Position numbers and translations under genes: made by a program
In this document: piece after piece, positions 8,438-18,391 of the stretch
Layout of the letters: the number at the start of each line of letters is the position of its first letter
Position numbering within the stretch: position 1 is the first letter of the stretch
Notes under the pieces: model-generated
Databases searched by the model: none
What the model saw: the letters and a program-made list of their open reading frames with translations, nothing else
What the model was told of the DNA's origin: nothing
IMG/VR virus record: IMGVR_UViG_3300042253_000131
Span: 1-52,982 of that record
Source: a virus
Lineage: Duplodnaviria; Caudoviricetes
Length of the DNA stretch: 52,982 bases
Strand: one strand, 5' to 3'

Positions 8438-8805
8438 CGCTCTGCGCCGTCTGCGCCCGAAAGGCGCGCGGCTTCGGCTACTGCCACGGCCTCCGCTGGG
8501 ATCGCCATCCCTATCACCGCTTCTGCTCGCTCCGCTGTCAGGACGCAGGCAGCGCAATTGCCCAAAGGAACAATGGCATGATCGACAAGACCGCCCGCGA
8601 GGGCCGTGCGATCCGCGACGCGCGGACGCTCTTCGCCGAAGCGCTCACCGACCTCGGGCTCATGGAGCCCTTCTTCCATCGCAGCGCCGAAGACATCGAC
8701 CGCCTGATCGAGGCGGCGGTGACCGGTTACGTCGACAGCATGCTGGCGCAGGGGGCGATCAGGGAACGCACCGGCACCGCCCACGACGATCCGATCCCGT
8801 TTTAG
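8434..8805 (+). CDS. DUF6511-like protein with N-terminal Zn finger and DDPIPF tail (start uncertain: ATA 8434 or ATG 8578)
   Basis: CAVC..FCSLRC, then MIDKT..LIEAAVTGY..HDDPIPF*. Confidence 0.6.
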   Translation: MALCAVCARKARGFGYCHGLRWDRHPYHRFCSLRCQDAGSAIAQRNNGMIDKTAREGRAIRDARTLFAEALTDLGLMEPFFHRSAEDIDRLIEAAVTGYVDSMLAQGAIRERTGTAHDDPIPF

Positions 8806-8816
8806 GGAGAAGCGCC

Positions 8817-9032
8817 ATGATTGATCTGAACGACGATACGACGACCTGCGCCTGGAAAGGGCTTCTGGCCGCCGCCACCGAAAATGCCGCCACAGATTTC
8901 GAGATCGAATTCTGCGATAGCCTGCGCCAGAAACTCGAACGGTTCGGCGCGCGTGTCCAGTTGACGGACGCCCAGTTTCACAAGCTGACCTGCATCGCGC
9001 AGGCCGGTGGGTTCTGGGAGCGCGACCGATGA
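8817..9032 (+). CDS. Hypothetical protein (71 aa)
   Basis: GGGAG RBS; stop overlaps the next start. Confidence 0.7.
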   Translation: MIDLNDDTTTCAWKGLLAAATENAATDFEIEFCDSLRQKLERFGARVQLTDAQFHKLTCIAQAGGFWERDR

Positions 9033-9829
9033 TCGACCTCAACCATAAATCGGGCTTCCTCTACGGCGCCGCCGCGCCGCGTCCACCCATTGCCGAAGCC
9101 GTGTCCGCCGCCATCGACACGGCGCTGTCCGCGCGCAACCGCGCCGAGCGTCCGCGCACCTATGTCAGCTCCTCGGGTCTTGGCCGCGATTGTCTGCGCC
9201 AGATCCAGTATGACTTTCTGGCCGTGCCAAAAGACGAGGGTCAGGAGTTCGCCCCGAAAACCCTGCGCATCTTCGAGGCGGGGCACCGGGGCGAGGACAT
9301 CGTCGCGGGCTGGCTGCGCATCGCCGGGTTCGATCTGCGCACGGCGCGCGCCGATGGGCGGCAGTTCGGCTTCGAGGCCCTTGGCGGCCGGTTCAAGGGC
9401 CATATCGACGGCTGCCTCGTTTCCGGCCCGGTCGCCATGGACTATCCCGCCCTCTGGGAAAACAAGGCGCTCGGGGCATCAAGCTGGAAGGACGTGGTCA
9501 AGCGCGGGGTCAGCATCGCCCGCCCGGTCTATGCCGCCCAGCTTGCGCTCTATCAGGCCTATCTCGATCTGCCGAAGCCCGCGCTCTTCACCGCGCTGAA
9601 CCGCGACACGATGGAACTGCACGCCGAACTGGTGCCCTTCGATGCCCGCCTCGCGCAGGAAATGTCGGATCGCGCCGTCGCGGTGGTGCGGGCGTCCGAA
9701 GCGGGCGAATGGCTGCCGCGAACGGCGGCTGTCCCTACGGCGGTTCTGTGCCGGGGTGGCATGTCGGCGGGGAAATGGCATGCGCCCTGCGCGTGGGCGA
9801 ACCGTTGCTGGAAGGAGACCCACGCATGA
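9029..9829 (+). CDS. PD-(D/E)XK (Cas4-like/phage exonuclease) nuclease
   Basis: GHIDG, WENK, YAAQLALY motifs plus Cys cluster. Confidence 0.8.
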   Translation: MIDLNHKSGFLYGAAAPRPPIAEAVSAAIDTALSARNRAERPRTYVSSSGLGRDCLRQIQYDFLAVPKDEGQEFAPKTLRIFEAGHRGEDIVAGWLRIAGFDLRTARADGRQFGFEALGGRFKGHIDGCLVSGPVAMDYPALWENKALGASSWKDVVKRGVSIARPVYAAQLALYQAYLDLPKPALFTALNRDTMELHAELVPFDARLAQEMSDRAVAVVRASEAGEWLPRTAAVPTAVLCRGGMSAGKWHAPCAWANRCWKETHA

Positions 9830-10575
9830 TCCCCGACGCCTACGAACTCAAGCGCATCGTCCGCAACCACAGGGCTCGCTTCTGGTGCCCGGACCTGCTC
9901 GAAGCGGCGGAGTTCGCGCCGATCTACTTCTTCGACGATCAGGCCGCCTTCGACGGCGAGACCGTCGATCGCGCAATGACCCGGGTGCTGACCGGCCCGG
10001 TCCGGCTGCCGCATCCGACCGTGATCTTCGAGGTGCGCGAGCAGCGTCCGGCGCCCTCCGGTCTGATCGTCTGCGCACGCGAGCATGACGATATCGTCGA
10101 GGCGACCTTCCTGATGCGCAAGCGCGCGCCGGGCGGCTGGACCGACTGCCTGGTGCGGATCTGGATGCTTCCGGACGGCATGGTAGAGATCGAGGGCAAT
10201 CCGGCCGAGCAGAAGGACCAGACGATACGCGGTCACGGCGAGGTCGCCGCCGGCATCGTCTGGCGGGCATTGACCATCCTCGGCGCATCGCCGGACATCC
10301 GCGACCGCAAGGTGTCGGTCGCGAAACGCACCCGCCTTGCCCGCGACGGCGTGCGCGGGTGGGTCTGGCGGCAGGTCGCCATCGATCCGGAACGCCTTCG
10401 GACCGCCGCCGCCGATCCGGGCGACAGCCATGCCAGCCCGCGCTGGCATCTTCGTCGCGGGCATTGGCGTCAGCTCGCCGATGGGCGGCGCGTCTTCGTG
10501 CGGCAATGCGAGGTCGGCAATCCCGAACGCGGCGGGGTGGTCAAGGACTACGCTGTCGGAGGACACGCCGCATGA
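9826..10575 (+). CDS. Hypothetical phage protein
   Basis: AAGGAG RBS; basic C-terminal motif HASPRWHLRRGHWR. Confidence 0.75.
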   Translation: MIPDAYELKRIVRNHRARFWCPDLLEAAEFAPIYFFDDQAAFDGETVDRAMTRVLTGPVRLPHPTVIFEVREQRPAPSGLIVCAREHDDIVEATFLMRKRAPGGWTDCLVRIWMLPDGMVEIEGNPAEQKDQTIRGHGEVAAGIVWRALTILGASPDIRDRKVSVAKRTRLARDGVRGWVWRQVAIDPERLRTAAADPGDSHASPRWHLRRGHWRQLADGRRVFVRQCEVGNPERGGVVKDYAVGGHAA

Positions 10576-11891
10576 CCAGTTTCACCCCCTCGGCCGCACA
10601 GGCCGCCGCCATCGCCGAGGTCCGCGACTGGTTCGAAAATCGCACCGACCAGCAGCAGGTGTTCCGTCTCTTCGGCTATGCCGGATCGGGCAAGAGCACC
10701 GTTCTGAAATTCGCCCTCGACGACCTCGGCCTCGCGCCCCACCGCAGCGCCAGGGACGGCACTTGCGTGCCCGGCGTCGTCACCGCCACCTTCACCGGCA
10801 AGGCCGCACTGGTGCTGACCCGCAAGGGCACATCCGCGCGCACCATTCACAGCCTGATCTACTCGGTGATCGAGTCGACCGAAGAGGAAGTCGCGGCCGC
10901 CGCCGTGAAGGTGCAGGAAGCCGAGGCCGCCGCCCGCAAGCTGACCGGCTTCGACAGGACCGCAGCCGAGGCGGGAATCGAGGCGATGCGCCAGGCGCTT
11001 TCGGCCATGAAACATCCGCGCTTTGCCCTGAACCCGCAGAGCGATGCCGCCGATGCCAGACTGATCGTGCTGGATGAGGTGTCGATGGTGGGCGAGGAGA
11101 TGGCGCGCGACCTGATGAGTTTTGGCAAGCCCATCCTGGTGCTGGGCGACCCCGGCCAGTTGCCCCCCATCAAGGGTGAAGGCGCCTTCACCCGTGACGC
11201 GCCCGACGTGATGCTGACCGAGATCCACCGCCAAGCGGCGGAAAGCGCCATCATCCGGCTGGCCACCATGGCGCGAATGGGCGAGCCCATCGGCTTCGGG
11301 ACCTACGACGCCTTCGTGGCCAAGCTGCGCAAGGGCGACATCACCCCGGATCAGGCGCTGCGCGGCGGGCAGTTGATCTGCGGCCTGAACGCGACGCGGC
11401 TGCAACTCAACAATGCGATGCGCGCGGCCGCGGGGCTCGGCGGGACATACCTGCCCACCGGGGCTGCGGAAAAGATCATCTGCCTGAAGAACCAGAACGA
11501 CCTCGGGCTGATCAACGGCATGTTCCTGACACTGGAAGGCATCGTCGACGAAGGCAGCCTCCATTTCTCGGCCATCGTCCATGACGAGGATGGTCGCCGG
11601 GTCGGGCCCCTTGATCGCGACGGCCGACCCGGCCGCCTGCGCGTCTACAAGGGGCATTTCGAGGATCATGTCGCCAACGATCCGAAACGCCACGACCGCG
11701 ACTGGAAGGACAAGCGTCTTCTGACCGAAGCCACCTTCGGCTGGGCGATCACGGCCCACAAGGCGCAAGGCTCGCAATGGGAGAACGTGATCGTCTGGGA
11801 CGACGGGCTGGGCCGGACCGATCTCGACCGCCGCCGCTGGCTCTATACCGCGATCACCCGGGCCGAGCGCGGCCTTGTGCTGCTGGCCTGA
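10572..11891 (+). CDS. RecD/Dda-like SF1B DNA helicase
   Basis: GYAGSGKS, LDEVSMV, LGDPGQLPPI, LTEIHRQ, TAHKAQGSQW, LYTAITRA. Confidence 0.9.
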   Translation: MTSFTPSAAQAAAIAEVRDWFENRTDQQQVFRLFGYAGSGKSTVLKFALDDLGLAPHRSARDGTCVPGVVTATFTGKAALVLTRKGTSARTIHSLIYSVIESTEEEVAAAAVKVQEAEAAARKLTGFDRTAAEAGIEAMRQALSAMKHPRFALNPQSDAADARLIVLDEVSMVGEEMARDLMSFGKPILVLGDPGQLPPIKGEGAFTRDAPDVMLTEIHRQAAESAIIRLATMARMGEPIGFGTYDAFVAKLRKGDITPDQALRGGQLICGLNATRLQLNNAMRAAAGLGGTYLPTGAAEKIICLKNQNDLGLINGMFLTLEGIVDEGSLHFSAIVHDEDGRRVGPLDRDGRPGRLRVYKGHFEDHVANDPKRHDRDWKDKRLLTEATFGWAITAHKAQGSQWENVIVWDDGLGRTDLDRRRWLYTAITRAERGLVLLA

Positions 11892-11901
11892 AGGGGGTGC
11901 G

Positions 11902-14481
11902 ATGATCGACCTGAACGATGTCGCCACCGCCAACCCCCGCCATGATCTGGCGGCGGTGCGCGACCGGCTGGCCGTCACGGCCGCCGACTGGCTGCCGCGG
12001 CTGTTCCCCGAGGCGCGGCTTGCCCGTGACCGGCGCGCGTTGCGTTGCGCCGATCTTTCGGGCCGGGCCCCGCGCAAGGAGGGATCCTGCACCATCCACC
12101 TCGACGGGCCCTATGCCGGCTGGGGTTTCGACTATGCCACCGGCGAGCGGGCGGGCCCTATCGACCTGATTGCCCAGGCGACGGGCTTCTCTGACGCAGC
12201 ACTTTTCGACGAGGCGGCGCGGATCGCGGGCATGGACCATCCGCCACCCCGGTCCGCGCCGCGCCCCAAGCCCGATCATTCCACCGAGATCGCGAGGCTG
12301 GTCGCGGGTGCTATCCCCCTGGTGGGCACCGTGGGTGAAGACTACCTCCGCGCGCGCGGGCTATCGGATCCTGCATCGCCGCATTTGATGTTCCACCCTG
12401 ACCTGCCTGATTTCGAGAGCCGTCGCGGTTGGCCGGGGCTGATCGCGCTGGCGCGGTTCGCGAACGGAGATCGCGCACCCGGCATTCACCGGACCTTTCT
12501 GCTCGATGACGGCAGCGCCAAGGCCCCTGCGGGCAAGAAGATGCTGGGCTCGGTCGCGGACGCCGCAGTGCGTCTGTTCGCCATGCCAAAAGACGGCCAC
12601 CTTGGTGTGGCCGAAGGCATCGAGACGGCTGTAGCGGCGCACGACCTCTTCGGCACACCGGTCTGGGCGGCCCTTTCGGCCGATGGGCTGGCGCGCTTTC
12701 GCTGGCCCGAGGGCACGACGCGCATCACCATCTACGCTGACGCGGGCGATGCCGGGCGTCAGGCAGCCGCGACACTGTCGGACCGGCTGAACCGGGCCGA
12801 CATTGCGAACGAGATCGTCCTGCCGCTCCACGGGGATGATTTCAACGACGATCTGATGCGGGGCGCGCGGGCCGAGGACTATCCTGGCGAGGCCGCCGTG
12901 CCCGCGACCGCCTTGATGATCGAGCCCGCAGAGGATGCGGCGGCAGAACCGGTCGCCCCGGCCGGGGAAGATATCGACACGCTGGTCGCCGCCGCCGACG
13001 CCTTGACCAACCCGCCTGACATCACCGCCCTCGGCCAGCTTCTCGGCCGCGCCGCGCTTGCCAGACTGGACCCGCTGCCCGAACGCCAGATCCTCGCCCG
13101 GATCAAGACCGCCACCGGCATTTCCATGTCGATCCTGGACAAGCAGCTTGCCGAACTGCGCCGTCGCGTCAACGTCAGCGGCGATCCCAATGCGCGTATC
13201 GCCAAACCGGCCTGGTTCAACCGCCTGCGTCAGGACATGGCCGGAACCCCCGAACGCAACGAGGCCAATGTCATCATTGCTCTGACCTCCGATGTCGCCT
13301 TCGCGGGCGTGCTCGCCTTCGACGATTTCGCCCAAGAAATCGTGGTGCGGCAACCGCTGCCATGGGACAGCACGACCGGGCCATTTCCCCGGCCCTGGGA
13401 GGATGCGGACGACGTCCGCTCCGCCGAATGGCTGCAACTGCGCGGCGTCAACGTCGCCCCCATGGTGGTCGGCCGCGCGATAGGCGCCGTCGCCCGTGAC
13501 CATCGCATCCACCCGGTGCGTGACTGGCTGGAGCACCTGCGCTGGGACGGCACGCCCCGGATCGAGACCTGGACCAGCACCTATCTCGGGGCCGAACCCA
13601 CCGCGTTTCACCATACCGTCGGCGCGCTGTGGCTGATTTCGGCCGTCGCCCGCATCTTCCGCCCGGGCGTCAAGGCAGACCACATGCTGATCCTCGAAGG
13701 GCCGCAGGGCGCGCGCAAGTCCACCGCATTGAAGGTGCTGGCCGGTGAGGAATGGTTCACCGACGAACTGCCAGAGCTTGGGTCCAAGGATGCCGCCATC
13801 CACATGCAGGGCGTCTGGATCGTCGAGATCGCCGAACTCGACGCCATCGGCCGCGCCGAGGTCTCGCGCATCAAGGCGTTCCTCACCCGCACCACCGACC
13901 GTTTCCGCCCACCCTATGGCCGCTACACCGTCGAGGTGCCGCGCCAGTGTGTCTTCGCGGGTACGGTCAACCCGGACACCTACCTGCGCGACGAGACCGG
14001 CAACCGCCGCTTCTGGCCGCTCCGCTGCGGCACCATCGACATCGCGGCGCTCGCTCGCGACCGCTACCAGCTCTGGGCCGAAGCGGTCCACCACTTCCGC
14101 GCCGGGGCGATCTGGTGGATCGACGACCCGGCGCTGCTGGCGGAAGCCCGCGAGGAGCAAGACCGCCGCTACCAGTCCGACGCCTGGGACGACCTGATCG
14201 AGCACTGGCTGACACACGAGATCCGCACCGTCTCCGACGGCTTCCCCGACTATGGCAACTCCCGCACCGAGAACGTGCCGCGCCCGGAGCCGCTGCGGGA
14301 TGTGTCGGTCGGCGAGATCCTCGAGGAGGCCATCGGGCTCGAACCCGCCCGCTGGACGCGAGGCGATCAGATGCGCGTCTCGGCCTACCTCAAGGCGAAC
14401 GGCTGGGAGCGGTACCGGCGGCGCGACGAGGGCGGGCGCGAGGCGGCACGGGAGTGGCGGTACCGAAAAGGAGCTTGGTAG
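11902..14481 (+). CDS. Primase-helicase (TOPRIM + VapE/virulence-associated E)
   Basis: TOPRIM AEGIET..YADAGDAG..DDFND; VapE-type EGPQGARKST, WIVEIAEL, FRPPYGR, TGNRRFWP. Confidence 0.9.
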   Translation: MIDLNDVATANPRHDLAAVRDRLAVTAADWLPRLFPEARLARDRRALRCADLSGRAPRKEGSCTIHLDGPYAGWGFDYATGERAGPIDLIAQATGFSDAALFDEAARIAGMDHPPPRSAPRPKPDHSTEIARLVAGAIPLVGTVGEDYLRARGLSDPASPHLMFHPDLPDFESRRGWPGLIALARFANGDRAPGIHRTFLLDDGSAKAPAGKKMLGSVADAAVRLFAMPKDGHLGVAEGIETAVAAHDLFGTPVWAALSADGLARFRWPEGTTRITIYADAGDAGRQAAATLSDRLNRADIANEIVLPLHGDDFNDDLMRGARAEDYPGEAAVPATALMIEPAEDAAAEPVAPAGEDIDTLVAAADALTNPPDITALGQLLGRAALARLDPLPERQILARIKTATGISMSILDKQLAELRRRVNVSGDPNARIAKPAWFNRLRQDMAGTPERNEANVIIALTSDVAFAGVLAFDDFAQEIVVRQPLPWDSTTGPFPRPWEDADDVRSAEWLQLRGVNVAPMVVGRAIGAVARDHRIHPVRDWLEHLRWDGTPRIETWTSTYLGAEPTAFHHTVGALWLISAVARIFRPGVKADHMLILEGPQGARKSTALKVLAGEEWFTDELPELGSKDAAIHMQGVWIVEIAELDAIGRAEVSRIKAFLTRTTDRFRPPYGRYTVEVPRQCVFAGTVNPDTYLRDETGNRRFWPLRCGTIDIAALARDRYQLWAEAVHHFRAGAIWWIDDPALLAEAREEQDRRYQSDAWDDLIEHWLTHEIRTVSDGFPDYGNSRTENVPRPEPLRDVSVGEILEEAIGLEPARWTRGDQMRVSAYLKANGWERYRRRDEGGREAAREWRYRKGAW

Positions 14482-14694
14482 GCCTGTGCGCCTGGAGCCG
14501 ATGCCACATCTCAGCGGTTTCATGCCCAGCGGGTGTCAATGGGGGATTCCTTGTCGGGCTAAGGGATGCTAACCTGTAAAAATGTCGCGGCGTCTTTTGG
14601 GTTGCTTCTGGCGACCGTATTTCGGGAGCAAGAATACCGTCTTCGTTGGGCGCTCGACCGAAAAGGTGGTGCATCGTGGTGCGTAAGGTCTGAC

Positions 14695-15726
14695 ATGGCG
14701 CGGAGCGATCTTCTTGTATCCTTGATTCGCGCGGGTGCGACCGGCGATCGAGAGATGCTGCGCTCCACCACCGAAGCGATGGTCGCGGAAGAGCGCGCCA
14801 AGAAGCATTTCATCGTGGCCGACCGCATGCAGCGCGCCTTATCGGCCGTCCCGATCACACCTCCTGCCCTTACGGCAAGCTCGCCTCACTTGGCGGATCC
14901 GAACGGGCGCGAGGCCATTCTCGAGGTCACGCCGCAGCTCCAGCTCGACGACATCCTGCTTCCTTTGCCAGCAAAAGAAAGTGGCCGCCAGCTTCTTGAA
15001 GAGCATCGCAGAGCGGATGTCCTGCGCACGAACGGCTATGAACCACGGCACCGGGTCTTGCTGTCGGGCCCCCCAGGCAATGGCAAGACGTCGTTCGCCG
15101 AGGCAGTGGCAGAGGGCCTAGGCCTGCCCTTCTTCGTTGTCAGATATGACGCCTTGATCGGCAGTTACCTCGGTGAGACGAACGCGCGGCTCCGCAAACT
15201 CTTTGACTATGTGCGAACGACTCCGAGCGTTCTGTTCTTCGACGAGTTCGATGCCATCGGCAAGGAACGCGGCGATACACATGAAACGGGAGAGATAAAA
15301 CGGGTTGTCTCTTTCCTGCTCATGCAACTCGATCAGCTTCCCAGCTACGTCATTGTGGTCGCGGCTACCAATCATGGCGAGCTGCTCGATCGCGCTGTCT
15401 GGCGCCGTTTTCAGATGCGGCTGGCATTTCCGGCTCCCAAGAAGACCGAGATTGCGGTGTTTCTGGACCGGGTCATTTCGGGCTGGCCAGATGCACCAAA
15501 AATGGCGCTGAGCCGACTTGCCGGCCGCCTCGGAAATGTGAGTTACGCAGAAGCTCTCGACTTCTGCCAGAATGTCAGACGGCGGCAGATTCTTGGTTTA
15601 GGGGAGGTTTCGGTTGATGAGGCATTGCGCGCGGAACTGGATCTTTGGACTTCGCGCGTCACGCCCGAGTTCATAAATGCCGAGCGATCCAACAAAACCT
15701 CTCCTGAGACTGACGCCGAGAGCTGA
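14695..15726 (+). CDS. ietA: AAA+ ATPase of an IetAS-type TA/defence module
   Basis: GPPGNGKT, FFDEFD, AATN..LDRAVWRRF; directly upstream of and overlapping an S8 protease. Confidence 0.8.
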   Translation: MARSDLLVSLIRAGATGDREMLRSTTEAMVAEERAKKHFIVADRMQRALSAVPITPPALTASSPHLADPNGREAILEVTPQLQLDDILLPLPAKESGRQLLEEHRRADVLRTNGYEPRHRVLLSGPPGNGKTSFAEAVAEGLGLPFFVVRYDALIGSYLGETNARLRKLFDYVRTTPSVLFFDEFDAIGKERGDTHETGEIKRVVSFLLMQLDQLPSYVIVVAATNHGELLDRAVWRRFQMRLAFPAPKKTEIAVFLDRVISGWPDAPKMALSRLAGRLGNVSYAEALDFCQNVRRRQILGLGEVSVDEALRAELDLWTSRVTPEFINAERSNKTSPETDAES

Positions 15727-18202
15727 TCAGCCCCGCCCCAAAGGCCGCGCCCGACCCGTTCCCTCGCCAGATGCCTTTCCGCGAGACCGCCAGACCAGCG
15801 CGTTCGGCCCAAAGTTCACGCGCCTCGCCGAAATTCTCGCGCGCGGCGATGGGGCGCTTGAACTGCGCGCAGACCCTGCCGGCCTCGCGCCGGAACGGCT
15901 GCTGGTGTTCGAAGTCCGCGGCGCGATCAGTTCGTTTGCCGCGTCCATCCGCCAAGTGGGCGGGCTGGAACTGGTGGATGAGGAAGAACTCGACGGCGAC
16001 GAGGAAGACAAGCAACCCGTCGCCTACCTTCTGGTCCCCGACATGGTGGCCTTGCGAAGCCTTGAATCGCTGTGGCGGCGGTGGCAGGCTGGACAACTGG
16101 TCAGAGGGGAAACGCCCTGGGCGAATGTGTTCGAACACCTCAGGGACTTGCGTGCATGGGGGCCAGACGACCGCGTTCAACCGTCAGATCGGACCTTTCT
16201 CTCCTCAATTCTCGACGGCCACCAGGACAACGATCTGATCCGACTGGAGATCGAACTGGTTTTCAGGGCCAATGAGGCGGTCGCTCGACTCAGTGAAGAG
16301 GAGACGTCACACGCGCTGACGGCGCGAGGGGGCTTGGTCCTGTCTCGCTGCCGCTTGCCCGACATTTCCTACCATGCACTCCTTGCCGATATCCCGGCTT
16401 GGGCCGTGCGCGAAATCATCGAACGGCGGATCGCGGGGATCGCTGGTTTGGACGCGGTGATGCACATCCGTCCGCAGTCCGAGGCCACGACCGTCCAGAT
16501 CGGCGATCCTGAAGACAGCCCGCAGGCCGGGGAGCAGATCGAGGAACTCGGTGAGCCGATTCTTGCGGTGCTCGACGGCGTCCCTGTCAGTGGCCACAGG
16601 CGGCTGGCCGCCCATATCGACCTCGACGATCCCTTCGATCTTGAGCCGGACGCCCTCGTGGCGTCTCGGGCGCATGGAACGGCGATGGCATCCCTCGTCA
16701 TTCACGGGGACCTCAATCGCGGCGAGGCCCCACTGCCGAGAAAGATCCACATGATCCCGGTCTTGGGGAACAATGATGCCTTCCCTCCCGACAGGCTCAT
16801 TGTCGACATGATCTACCTCGCGGTCACAAGGCTGCGCGAACAGCGCCCCGGGGTCGTGATCGTCAATCTCTCCCTCGGAAATCGATATCGGCCATTCCAC
16901 AAGCACCTTTCGCCCTGGGCCCGCCTGCTCGACCGCCTAGCCTATCGCTTCGGCCTGCTCTTTGTGGTGAGTGCCGGCAATCAGGTCTTCCCATTCGGCA
17001 TGCCGGGTTACGCCACCAGCCGGGACTACGAGGATGCCGACGCAGAAAGCCGCGCGAAATCAATGGTTGCTACGCTGCATGGCGTCATGGCGGACCGCCG
17101 CCTGCTATCGCCAGCAGAGACGGTGAACGGCATCACGGTCGGTGCTGGAAACGTCGACGCCGTCGGTCCTGCCGAGCGCGGGTTGGCGCGAGCCTTGATC
17201 GATCCCTTCCCGGCTCACGTCGCGGCGAACCCATCGAGCAGCCTCGGACCGGGCTTTGCCAGATCGGTCAAGCCGGACATTCTGATGCCCGGCGCCCGCG
17301 AACACATGGCCTGTGTCGGCAATCACCGGCACATTGACGTCCGTCCGGCATCGGCCTCGCGCGGAGCGGGGCTCAAGGTTGCGGCGCCGCCAAGGGCAGG
17401 TCGAGAGAATCTTGACGGCTATTCGAATGGAACCAGCGCAGCAGCGGCGCTTGCGTCGCGGACGTGTCACCGCATCCACGATGCCCTCGAGGCCGCCTAT
17501 GGGGACGCGTTTCTGCGCATGCCGCCCTTGCAGCGTGCAGTTCTGCTGAAGGCCCTTCTGGTACATCCGGCCCAATGGCCGAGGGAGACCGCTGAACTCA
17601 TCAAGAATACCCTCGGCCCCACCGGGCGCGGCCAAGCGTCTAAGCAGAAGGATAACATTCGGCGCTTCCTCGGCTACGGCTATGTCGATTCTGATGACGC
17701 GGTGGCTTGTGCTGCGGATCGGGCGACGTTTTTCGCAACAGGGCTCTTGGGGGCCGATCGCATCGCAACGATCGACGTGCCGGTACCTTCGGCAATTGGC
17801 GGAAAGGCAAGACCGCACAGCCTGTCAGCAACGGTTGCTTGGTTTTCGCCTGTTGTGCCCGGCCGCAAGAGCTATCGCAGCTGTCGACTGAAGGTTCTCA
17901 CACCGGTCGAACTCGACGCGCTCGCTGTCTCTGGCGATCGTTGGCATCCAGACGAAAATCAGAGTAATCGCGGGACAGTCAACTCGCGGCGCTGGAGCGG
18001 GGCGAATGCGCCGGTCGTCACGCCCAACATGACGATTCCTCTTGTCGTACAGCGCGATCCCGATCAAGGCGCGCCAGTTGATGAGGCGATACCCTTTGGA
18101 TTAGCCGTGACAATTTCAATGCCGAGTGAAATCGGCATCTACGACGAAGTGCGGGCTCGACTCGCGCCGCTGGTCCAAGCGCGTCCGGCCGGAGGAGCTT
18201 GA
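15677..18202 (+). CDS. ietS: S8 subtilisin-like serine protease of an IetAS-type module
   Basis: Catalytic triad VLDG / HGTAMAS / NGTSAAA; VVSAGN; KPDI; no signal peptide. Confidence 0.8.
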   Translation: MPSDPTKPLLRLTPRADQPRPKGRARPVPSPDAFPRDRQTSAFGPKFTRLAEILARGDGALELRADPAGLAPERLLVFEVRGAISSFAASIRQVGGLELVDEEELDGDEEDKQPVAYLLVPDMVALRSLESLWRRWQAGQLVRGETPWANVFEHLRDLRAWGPDDRVQPSDRTFLSSILDGHQDNDLIRLEIELVFRANEAVARLSEEETSHALTARGGLVLSRCRLPDISYHALLADIPAWAVREIIERRIAGIAGLDAVMHIRPQSEATTVQIGDPEDSPQAGEQIEELGEPILAVLDGVPVSGHRRLAAHIDLDDPFDLEPDALVASRAHGTAMASLVIHGDLNRGEAPLPRKIHMIPVLGNNDAFPPDRLIVDMIYLAVTRLREQRPGVVIVNLSLGNRYRPFHKHLSPWARLLDRLAYRFGLLFVVSAGNQVFPFGMPGYATSRDYEDADAESRAKSMVATLHGVMADRRLLSPAETVNGITVGAGNVDAVGPAERGLARALIDPFPAHVAANPSSSLGPGFARSVKPDILMPGAREHMACVGNHRHIDVRPASASRGAGLKVAAPPRAGRENLDGYSNGTSAAAALASRTCHRIHDALEAAYGDAFLRMPPLQRAVLLKALLVHPAQWPRETAELIKNTLGPTGRGQASKQKDNIRRFLGYGYVDSDDAVACAADRATFFATGLLGADRIATIDVPVPSAIGGKARPHSLSATVAWFSPVVPGRKSYRSCRLKVLTPVELDALAVSGDRWHPDENQSNRGTVNSRRWSGANAPVVTPNMTIPLVVQRDPDQGAPVDEAIPFGLAVTISMPSEIGIYDEVRARLAPLVQARPAGGA

Positions 18203-18391
18203 CGCTGCGACGTCGCACAGAAGATTTCCGTATAGAGGCCCACGCTAGCCAGACGCAGCGCGCGACAGCTTGACGGCGTCGCAGATACACGGATGACACT
18301 GTCGCCTGCTGAGCATTGAAAGGCAGCATTCCTCCCTCCGCTGCCCGTCCTCAGTTTTTCGGAATCCGCCTGGCTTTCGTCACTGGGTACT

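Noticed and set aside
9029-9829. cas4 as part of a CRISPR system
   Set aside because: Solo PD-(D/E)XK nuclease in a phage recombination operon; no cas1/cas2 or array.
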